This document shows, piece after piece, positions 25,801 through 36,500 of a DNA stretch of 64,000 nt. The stretch is from Balanoglossus misakiensis (taxonomy: Eukaryota; Animalia; Hemichordata): positions 7,385,573-7,449,572 of the forward strand of contig CM082594.2 of assembly GCA_040954595.2 (NCBI GenBank). Reading direction: 5' to 3'. A model generated the notes under the pieces. That model did not search any database, was not told where the DNA came from, and saw only the letters and a program-made list of their open reading frames with translations. Position 1 is the stretch's first letter. Each line of letters begins with the position of its first letter. The translations under genes and the position numbers were made by a program.

Positions 25801-28800
25801 ATGGCTTGGCCGACGGACGATGCTCCATCTTCATAGCGATCGCACCTGCATTGCCCATCTTGGCTCCAACCGATCATTTGCACGTCTGTAGTCCTGTTTC
25901 CCAGCCGCGGTATCTCACACGCGCAACTTTTAATTAATCCGAAACTCTCGGCTAGATGGCTTTTATCGTGATTCGCGTCGTCCTCCGCATGCCGCATTCT
26001 TCCTTCTTGGAACAAATTGCCATGGTTACGAGCCATCATCGCGCCAATCTTGGTTGCCGATAACAACTGATAGTGTAGCACGCTATGTTGGCATTACGGG
26101 CGCTCTTCTGAAGATGATGATCTCTCGCACGCATGACGTCACGGCGCCATCCAAGTCGCTCTGAAAGCCCGCATCGCTCATTTGGTGAAATGAATATTCA
26201 TAACCCTATTAAACACCTAATTTGCATGACTAATCCGTCTAAAATCATCCATCGCGACATACAGGTAAAATTTGCGCTGCTGGGTCATGCAGTAATATCG
26301 ATTATCAATTTTTGTTCTTTCAGAAAGAAAAACACACACACACAATTGACTCGAAAGATAAAACATTTCAGTAATAACCACTTTCGGAGAAAACTCTTTC
26401 TAATCACACAAAGGCCACCGATTATTAAATTTATCCAAGGCTAGACAGAAACGCATTTGAACAGGGAACAATGGGAATATGGATATTAACGCGATATGCG
26501 CCATGGATTTTTCAACGTTCAAAGGTGAAGCGCATGTAGTTTCTTCGACGCCAGCACAACATTGGAATCGGTCTGGGTAAACCAATTATCTCTCGCCAGA
26601 ATCGGACAACACGTTAATCGGCGGTAGGTAGGGGGAAATTATGACGGGTACCCGCGAATGTGAGGAAATTAAAACGCGACACGCAGTCGAGCTGGTCCAA
26701 GCAGGAATCGCTTTCCTTGACTTCGATTATGTTCAACTTTAGAACTCTCCTGTCGTTTTATTTCTTTACATAAAAATACATGGGAAGTATAAATTGTATA
26801 TGAATGCTCGGTGTCCGATACTTGTTTGTAGATTGTCACGTGGTCGACAACTCACAGACAGTCGGTGCGGCTCATAATATCGCAACAATACGCACTTAAA
26901 AAACATGTTAAAAAGTAACAAAGACGTCTATCGCACGACTGTGTGCACGCCTCTCGCCCTTTCTATTCTGTTTACGTTGGAATATGATTATAAGGGACAG
27001 ACAATGGATAGAGCGCCAGGATGCCGCTTGTTACACGATATCGCCGGTGCCACACTGCTTTCCCCATGATTTGGCAAATAGTTTACGTTCGCTTCATCCG
27101 TGAACTGCGCAACTCTGATAATAACGTCGCCCACAGTTTGTGATGCGTCCGCGCGCGTTATCGAACCCACGCGCGCGCAACTCGCTCGCTCTATATAGGC
27201 CTACACAAGTTACTTTGTAACGCTAAAATAAAAACTTTCGTTTAATTGAAAAAAAATGAGAAATCGACAAGAAATGAGACAATTTATTTCTAGCGAAGCT
27301 TTAGTAAACTAATAATGATTAAAAAGATTAGCGGGTTACAATGTCACCATGGTCTAATGTAAACAATTGAGTAGCGATATTGTAAAACAACCTGTCCGAC
27401 CTCTTCTAAGCCGGTTTCAAAATATTTATACAAATTAGAAGGAGCGTGTAAAGATTTCGCTTTCGGATTTATTTATTTATTTTTATTTTGCGGTTTATCT
27501 ATGTAGCGTTGATCAAATATTTCATCGTGGTTTTTCTGGCTTTGGTTTCGCTGCCGGATGCGCTTGGTGAATGTCACCGAAGGGTTTTACACTTGACCAC
27601 GCGGTGATATGATATATCGGCCCGGGACACCTTGTCATATTATTTTGCGGGACGGCAGTCTCCACGCGAGTGAGCGATTCACACTTGAACGTGTGCGTTT
27701 AGAGAATGGGCGGTCAAGTTTTAACCGTTTGTGTGTACCCGTATCGCATACTGAATGTCATTTCCCCCGTATGGTCAGTCAGCGTTTAACCTGACCGCTC
27801 TTCGGCGACCCGTATGAATTGAAAAAAAAAATTGTCCGTTGTCCACACTCCGACTATTTAGTGATTTTAGACACTTTGATACGGGCGAAGAGGGGTTCAA
27901 AAGTTAACCGAATAATTTACCGGCCTTGTTTGCCGACGTATTTGTCATTATTTTCACCATGTCGCTTTGTCGTAGACCAGGCGCCAAAATTATTTATGAA
28001 ACAATAGCAACAGTCTAGCAGGGCCCAGTAAGGCGGTCGTTTGACGAGCCTACTCGTCAATACCGCACAAGGTCGCGTCGCGTTGCTGAACATCGGGCCG
28101 CTCGATTTTTACCAAAAGAGGCAACGATAACGTGTTGGTACGATAAAAAACAGGAAATTTGAACAACAGAATTAAGAGCGTGAGACGGATTTCGAATCGC
28201 GCCAGAGAAATGCGGAAGAACATAGTCGTAAGAACAGTGGCGTCAGTCGCTTCTCGTTGAGTATGTGGCATATCTGATATGGGAAAACTGTGTGTCACCG
28301 TATACGCTCCGGTCCACACCACCAAATGAAGTCGGAAGGATAAAAAAATGCGAGCGAATGTTTCATATAAAGCTTACGGGCACCGAATCGCTGGCATGTT
28401 AACCACAGTTGAATTTCTAGCCAGTATGTCAACTAAATGGATTTTGATAATTGCCCAGTGCAATTATCGGTGTCCGCAATAAACGTACAAAATAATGACC
28501 CCTATTTAAATGGACAAAACAAGTCACCAATGCGATGAGCCCATTCACAATTGTTGATTGTGGAGCCGAATCCGACAGCAGCGCTGACGACGAAAACCGC
28601 AAAGAAAAAATCGGAGGCAGCGAAAATCAGAGCAGCGAAAAGACTGTACACGGCGAAGTCCTGCAAATTTAGAAGGGTTTTAGCTGCGTTCTGAACATAA
28701 AACAGCCACACTCATTTACGCGTAATTTGATATTTAGAAAGCGTGGGTTGGGTTTCCGCCAAAGCCGGCGACGCACCAATCAGTGGCGAGCTGATAAGCG

Positions 28801-29045
28801 TTTCTGCATAATACAGTCTCCCTCTGAAAACACACAACATTAGAGTTTTAACCCCTGACCTTTCCACTTTGCCTCTGTGGAACGCCATGTGACTGGTATA
28901 GACGTTTGGAAACCGTGTTTCCAGCTCTCCTGTGGTACTATGGTAGTTTTCTCCGGTTGGAAGTAGTAAAATAAAGTTTTCTGGACGTTTTTGTTGCACT
29001 TTTACCGGGGGAGAAGTAACAGCCAAGTGTAATTTGAGCTGTTAT

Positions 29046-29181
29046 TTGCGCAACAATCATTTTAGACTCGGGGCGCGCCAAAATGTCTAGACAACCACGT
29101 GATAGAAATAAGCCAATGGAATGGCAGCAGTGGTGTGGCAGTAAGTGTTGTAAATTTCAGCCGTGTTTTCAGAGTCTAGAC
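29046..29181 (+). promoter_or_regulatory. Smad6/7 proximal promoter / Smad-responsive module
   Basis: TTGCGCAA 29046-29053, AGAC 29064-29067, GGCGCGCC 29072-29079, GTCTAGAC 29085-29092, CACGTG 29096-29101, CCAAT 29113-29117 and a second GTCTAGAC 29174-29181, 365-500 bp upstream of the ATG. Confidence 0.75.
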
Positions 29182-29545
29182 GTGCAAACCAGAACTGCTT
29201 TACAAACGTGTTGACAGTGCTCCGATCGCTCGCCGTTTTCAGTACGATTTCATAGTCAACGGCCACAACCGAGGTATCACCGGGTTCGGAAGATCACTCG
29301 CTAACTTCTGGTATGCTCAATTTGGCCCTGTGGGCTACGGATCTTAAAAAATCTCTGCCTCAGCCCGGAAAGCCAGTTGGCGACACTGCCACTTAACGTT
29401 ATCCTTGGTACATCGTCGTTGGAAAAAAATTGTGTTTCTTTGTAGAAATCACAGAAGGAGTCGCTCCCGATCCTTCTGCAGCAGTGCTCTCATAATGCCA
29501 GTTCAGTCCTGAGCGTTATAATTGTGTGTGTGAACCGAATGTCGC

Positions 29546-29966
29546 ATGTTCAGGTCCAAACGTTCGGCGCTTATTCGGCGACTGTGGAAGTGTCGTGCGG
29601 GCTGCAGTGACAACACGGAGGATGGCGAAGCAGAAACCGAGGCAGATCTGGAGTTGAAATCTATCGCACAGTCTATCTTCAAGAGACTTAAAGACAAACA
29701 GCTTGAGTTGCTAGTTCAAGCCGTGGAAAGTAGAGCTGGTGCTAATTCTTCGTGCGTTTTATTCCCGAAAGGAGAACTACAGATAGGGAGGAGGACGGTT
29801 TTCCCACAAGTAGTGTTGTGTCAGCTGTTCCGCTGGCCCGATCTCAGGCATTCATTTGAACTCAAGTCCCTCACGTTCTGTTGTGAGCATTGTAAACTAC
29901 AGGACGATGGAGACTCTACTACAATTTGCTGCAATCCCTACCATCTCAGTCGCTTATGCGGCCCAG
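29546..29966 (+). CDS. SMAD6/7: Inhibitory Smad (Smad6/7), exon 1: N-terminus and divergent MH1
   Basis: Begins MFRSKRSALIRRLWK (I-Smad signature), includes KRLK..QLELL.QAVESR, LFRWPDL and CCNPYHLSRLCGP; ends CCAG|GTACGT; 421 nt, phase 1. Confidence 0.97.
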
Positions 29967-30220
29967 GTACGTGTCTGTTTTTATTCCGCTGCGAGTTTTG
30001 TCCAGCGAGCTCACCGTTCAAACGTCCCCTTTGAACCCCCTATATCCATGAAAGGCCCCAGTCACCATTCAAAAGATACCAAATTGGCAAGATGGCGCCG
30101 TACTATTTATGTGTTTATCAGCTAACCTTTCTCGTGTAATTATCTCCCAGCTAGTCTGTTTTTATTCAATGCTAGAGCTTTTTCTCAACCCCTTTTTGTC
30201 TTCTTTCTCGTGCATTTCAG

Positions 30221-30274
30221 AGAGCCCGCCTCCGCCTTACAGCCAGCTACCGATGGAATCGTACAACTTTGAAG
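30221..30274 (+). CDS. SMAD6/7: Smad6/7 exon 2 (PY motif)
   Basis: Pyrimidine tract plus TTTCAG acceptor; 54 nt encoding (E)SPPPPYSQLPMESYNFE, containing the Smurf/NEDD4-binding PPxY motif; donor AAG|GTAGGC; phase 1 to phase 1. Confidence 0.93.
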
Positions 30275-30437
30275 GTAGGCGAAGTTCCGGTATAATTCTC
30301 CCCTCTTACAGAAATCTTTGCGATCTTTCTTTGATTTTCCGTCAAAAGCCGCACTGTGTGACTTTGTACTCCGCTACCCATCTGACCTGATTTTCTCGAA
30401 CGACACTTTGAACTAACTGATTTGGTTTGCTTTGCAG

Positions 30438-30506
30438 ATCGTGACCCAACTCCGGAGAGCACAGAAACGGGTGCTAGCAACGCCGCTTTCCCTCATAACT
30501 TTTCAG
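30438..30506 (+). CDS. SMAD6/7: Smad6/7 exon 3 (linker)
   Basis: TTTGCAG acceptor; 69 nt encoding (D)RDPTPESTETGASNAAFPHNFS, with the S-x-E-T-G motif of the I-Smad linker; donor CAG|GTCAGT; preserves frame. Confidence 0.88.
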
Positions 30507-33500
30507 GTCAGTGTGCATTTATTTTACTTATTTGCCTTTCCTTTGCCGTACTCGACCGCGATCGAACCGCTCGGCGAACTTTCCTCGGTGCATTTTTTAT
30601 GCAAGCACTCGAGTGTGAACGGGATCAGCTTACAGCTGTGAATGCCATATTCTAAACAAGTTTGGAAATTTAGTCCGCGGACTGAAGTGTGCAGCGTACG
30701 AAGTCGGCGGTTGGAAAAGTCAGCCCATTGAGTGTGTACACTGACTCAAGTCATTTTAGACGAGTATTCAATTCCAATTGTCACCGCCACGGAATAAATA
30801 AATGGCAGTTTTTGCCTATTCTTGCGTTTCAAAACAAGTCATCGATTTATCCCGGGAGTGGGTTTTTCGAACAGATTGTTTACATTGTCATAATTTCCAA
30901 CGCAAATCACGGTGGAGAACTAACCTTTAGTGCTATTACGCTAGAATGCTGGCAAGGGGAAAAAATAAACACGCGAGTTAAACTTTGATCATCCTCGATA
31001 GCTATTAAATAGCAAGCAGCCTAATCCAGTCACACTATTATTTTTGTTTTATTTTATTTTTATTCCGTGTGCGGTTTATTTTGTCAGCGTGAAAAGTAAA
31101 TGTTTTAAGGAGTACATAGTACGAACTGTAAAATACATCTAAAACACCAACCCATAAATCATGACCATTTTAAAAAAGCACAAGTCTCAAAGCGTGTAAA
31201 GGATGGTGTTACCTCATTGGGGGTTGGGAAGGAGGGTAGTGAGTTGTGATAATGAGTTGGAAATGATGAGATGTTTATTTCTGGGAGATGATGTAGATTG
31301 CAGTTGTAGGGTTTCAAACATGAAGACCTAACCTAGACAGTATATTGTGGGTTCTCCCAAAAGGGGGAGGGGCACCTTGAGTGAGGAGAGATGATGAGGA
31401 GACCTCTCCCCCCCCCCCCCTCCATAAAATTCTGTTGTGGAAGTTATTAAGAAACAGGGTCAGAAGTGTAAATTTTTGACCCTGTATGAAATAAATATTG
31501 CTCAAGTTCCAGGAGGAATTCAGTGTATGTATTGTTTTTAATGCCCTTCTCTGCTTAAAACAACTTGTCACACATGATTAGTAGGTCTGCACATGAAAAG
31601 CATGTGGCCGCATCAAAAAAGCCTAAACACCCTGCTTGTACCCCCAGAACATTCAGCTTGTTGGTTTATCAATCACAATTTCTTGAAGTGCCGATATGTT
31701 GCCATGGCAACTGATTACTAAGGTTGGGTAATTTTGATTTTGTGCACTGGCAAGGGGTTGATAAGACTGGTGGCTGGGATTTTCTCGGCCAGGAAAACCA
31801 CCATTTGAGGGGGGAGGGGTCCCAGGGTCGGTGGGGGTTCCTGCAAGGTTAGACGCCGAGAGCTTGATGGTGGAGGAGAGAAATATACTCTTACAGTGAA
31901 TGAACACCATTCAGTGTAGATCAGACTGGGTAAACTATTATCAATGAAGTCATCAATCGAGTTTTATGAATGAAATTCTGCGCGATGTGTTTTTACTAGA
32001 ATTCAGAAGATCTTCCGACTTCTTGGACAGTAAACTTAGTGGGGGCGGCTTCGTTTTTAAGAGTGTGGTCAAAGTAGGCTCTTCTGACAAGAGGGCTAGA
32101 GACAGTTGGTCTGTCAGGGTTGATGCCTTGAAAAAAAAAAAGCCCTGAGTGATACCCAGGGTAAATGTTGTTTGCTTAACACCCTGAACTTCGGAGCTTG
32201 TTTTATCAGAGACCCCAAAGGAGTTGAGCTGGGTCAGTTTGTGCCCGCCTGCATACCAGCAACCAATTACCGAGCTTTGTGGTTTTTATGCCTCTATGTT
32301 TAATGCATGGCCCACAGAAAGATTACAGAAGTACAGAGAAAGAGTGAGAGAGAGAGACACACACACTAACCTCTCTGATAGGAATAATTTTTTCCCCATC
32401 AGTCAAGGCAGCTTCTAGCTGTTATCTGTTTTGGCCCTTAAAATATGACAGAAGTCAACACACATACTGTGACACACACATAAATACATACACTAACACA
32501 TACATGAACACTAGTAACTAACCTCTCCGAAGGGACTTTTTTCCTCATCAGTGGAGGCAGGCCTGGCTGTGAGCTGCAAAGAGAAAAAGGAAGTCGGTCA
32601 GAACATGTTGCTCAGTTTAGATTCAGTCATAGCAGGGCCTGGTTTAAATTAGTCCGAAGTAACACTTACCCCAAATGTTATTTTAACTTTTTGAACTGGC
32701 ATGTGGTTTGAAAACCACCGACGCACTAGGTGTCTTCTTGCGTAGCTTCCACACAAAAAAACTGAACGAAAAAAGTTGACAGAACGTACCGCCAGATATC
32801 GGTAAAGATACACGCTGGGCGCTGACTGTATGAAGCTATGCCCTGCACACTTTATGGGGCCATAACTGTCACAAAAATGTCACCAAAGTAGTTATGAAAT
32901 GTCTCTCTAAAGAATAGTGGCGGCGTCTAAAGAAAGTGAGCGACAGTTAGGTTCCTGTTAAGTTATGCCATCACGCTATCATTATTATGTGTATGTAGCC
33001 CAGAGTAGGTGGCGCGAGATCCCTGCGAGTAAGGTCGGCCAGGCATTCACACTGACGTTAAACCATCAAGTACTGAAGTGCTGTCTCCTGAAGCTTGCCA
33101 TTTTTGCTCAATTTGTGAGCGACTCCTTGTTCCTCATGTCCACCACTTTTCAGTCTTGTCGTGTTTTAAATTCTGGAGGTCAGGGCCTGAGTTGCGTTTT
33201 TATGGCATACAAGGGTAAAGCCAGGGTTTATTTAAATCTGAATACCCCAAGAGCTCTCGGCATTGTGTATTGTATATTATCCTTTGAGGAACCATGTTTT
33301 TAGACCACTTATGCATAGTCAGTGCATTTGCTCCATTTTCATGCTAAACTCTGCGGTGCAGTGAAGTCGAAAATGCACAACTAGTTGAGCAAATAGTGAG
33401 TGGAAGTCGCCATCAATCAGCAATTCTCAATGTTGAAATGTTACCCAGTACTCTGCCAAAACCAAGGGGGGCAGTTGACCTATTTATTTCTGTCTTCACT

Positions 33501-36500
33501 GACTACCCTCCCCCGGAAGGAAAATGGACAATAATTTTTGGTAGTTTAATCTAATTGAAAGAAAGGGGATGGCTCAAAATATTAAATAAAACAAATATCC
33601 TGGTATTGAAAATCGTCTTGGGGAGTGTATAGGTTTGAGGGGGTCAGCATATATTTCAAGATGCAAAGGATGATTTTGTGTTTTGTATGGTGTGTGAAAA
33701 TGCTCTCATCTCAGGCCGAATGTTGTAGGTTAGATTTATGGATAAGAGAAAAGAGTATGTGGGAATTCTTCCTGTCAGCTAACAGAGCACTGAAACTGTA
33801 CAATGTCTTACTTGGCAGACACTAGTACGAGTTTATTTTCAAGCTAAAGCAGCAGCTAACGTTTTGGCTTTTGTCTAGGCCCACTTGCTTTGTAAAGAGC
33901 TCTGTTTTGTAGATTTGCCTGCCACATTGTTCAAAGCCAACCTTTGCTGACACAAAACACATAGGAAGTTATGCAAGGGCAAACCGGTGCTTTCCTTTGC
34001 GGGCTACCTTGTTTATTTTGCTAAGAATGGCCGGAAAAAAATGTGGTGCTTCCAGTGATATGGGTGTACAGATCTCACTCTATGTAATTTCGAGAGTGTC
34101 GTTTTCTCTCAGACTCTTGCCATACTCTGGCTGAGTGTAGTTCAGTTGGCATGTGTAAAGGCCTGTAGCTTGAAAGAACCCCCAACTGGTTGCATTTTGT
34201 TGGGCAGAGAATAGGGAATTGACGGGGAACAATAGTTTATTTGGCAGTCCAAGTTGCCCAATTGCTGGGGTCCGCACTAGACACAGTGGGGGCTGAAAGT
34301 TGTGAGTGGAGAGCCCAGCCTGACAAAGCAACAACCAAGGGATTTTACTTTCTGCTGGTGGTGAATAGGCCTGTTGGCTGTCACGTCATTGTTCTGTGTG
34401 CGTGAAGAACAGTCTTCCAACGTACCGGAGGAAACTCGGCCCTTCCCCTCTCTGCAGTGTTCAAAATTACCACCTAACCATGGACTCGGACACAAGCACA
34501 TTCCATTGGACCCACCCCTCTAAGAAAACAAACAAAAAGTACTAATGATTTCCCCAACATTTTCTGATCAGAAAATATCCCTCACATGTTGCACGCACTG
34601 CAGCGATATTACTTCATTCATTGAAACGCTGCTACAGCTCTGCCATGCTGAAGCTATCTACAGCATCCAACAACATGTCAGCCAGACATCCAAAATTCTT
34701 TCTAAAAAAATTAAGCTAGTCTGGTGATAATTTCAATTTAAACATTGTTTGATGGCTGCATTTTGGAATTAAGGACGCTCAAATGACAACTTAAGTGGAC
34801 ACAAGCTGGTGTATACATCTTCGAGATCATATTTCATCTTCTCCTGCTTAGAAAATGCTGTCGCATAAAAAACGTAGCCCACAGACTTGGGTGGCACCAG
34901 CCAGCTTCGTAAGTGACTCATGGATGACAGTGGGCTGCCTACGAGCCAGGGTTTCTGGTGCCACTCACATCATTTTTATCAGTTAGGTAAATTTGCATTG
35001 GGTTTAATAGCTAAGTAGTATATGAGCTTACCGTTTGACCTATGAGGTACCAGCTTGCTTCCTGTAGTTGACTTATTAAACCTCGATTAAAGTCGGCTAA
35101 TTTTAATGTCCTGTGAAGTGAATTGCAAAGAAATAATTAAAATTGTGTGCTTTGTGGAACCACTCTTTGAACTAATCTGGAAAATTATCCACAATAATAT
35201 TGCTGAAATTTCATCTAGGTAGTAGACCAAGAAGCCAACCGTATTTTAATGTCAGTCAGATTTTAGAGTCGTGCTTTGTCTGAACTTTGATAGGTTTGAC
35301 ATTCTGTCAGAATGAGATTCTCTGTTACATTATGAAGTTGTATTTTGTGGGTATGTAAACAAACTGGGTGAAAAATCAGATTTTGTCAGTTCGGGACAAG
35401 AATCCCTGAAATTTGTTCAGTAATTTACAAGCGAGGCAAAACTGTACACTGGATTGATAGCAGTGTTTTTTTAGGTCAGGGCTTGCTCATTTTGTGAAAA
35501 CTTTGACCGTCTTTGGGGGTTTGGTTTCTGAGTATGCCAGCTATGAATAGGGACAGCGACACAGGCTTTGAACGTAGCCTGAAGGAACACTTGTATATGT
35601 TCTCACACACTGCGGCCCATCAGTTAAAAACAGTGAGACAAACCAGCCGAGATACCCCAGTCTGGCGTTCTCATACCAGGCTTTGGTGGGATTAGAAATT
35701 CATGTGTGACGTCAACTCGAACTCTTGACAGGGTTCCCAGATGGGTCATAGTTGTTGTCGGGAAGAGGGGTTATCCTGAGGTCCTGGAGAATTTTTTTTA
35801 GGGAAGGCCCCTTCAGAACTGTTCCCATTCAGAGCATTTAACAAAGTGGCATCTGGATGAGTGCTTTAGGAGAATACCGTACAATGCTACCCCATTTATT
35901 CTGCTTTAGTCGTCAGATCCTGCAAGCGAGTTTGACTGCTGTGTGAACCACCCTGTTCAGCTGTATCATTCTCCGTACACAAGAGCACAACGTTGAAATG
36001 ATTTTATCTCACCAGAATCCGAAACACCATTAGAGTCAAGTTTTGTTCTCGGTTGATGACATTGATGTTGGCAGAATAATGAAGTGTACGTCGCTTCAGA
36101 CTTTGACAGGAGTGGGGGGTACTCCATTGTGAAGAGACATCAATAGGTGAACCTTGACAAAAAAAACTATGTTGTTGAGCATTGTGTTTGGCAGCTTTGC
36201 AGACACGGACCAGCTGGTTTTCTTGTAGAGTTTGTTCCCTTCAATTTGTCCCTTACAATCAGCTGTTCATCTCAGATTGACACTGTAGTACCTCAATCAG
36301 GTAGCCTTCGGGAAGGGTATTTTTTTTAGGGGGGGGGGGGGGGCTGCCCAGTGTATATGCAAGTGGAGAAAAGGGGGTCAGTCTTAAAAGTGACCACAAC
36401 TCACGTGTGAAAGATTCAGGACAAGGTCATGACATTGCATCCACCTTGAAAAATAATCATACAGGGAATATTTTATTGTTATTTTAACCTGGGATATTGT

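Noticed and set aside
29967-30034. C-terminal extension of ORF 29546-30034
   Set aside because: Read-through into intron 1; Smad similarity stops at the CAG|GT donor.
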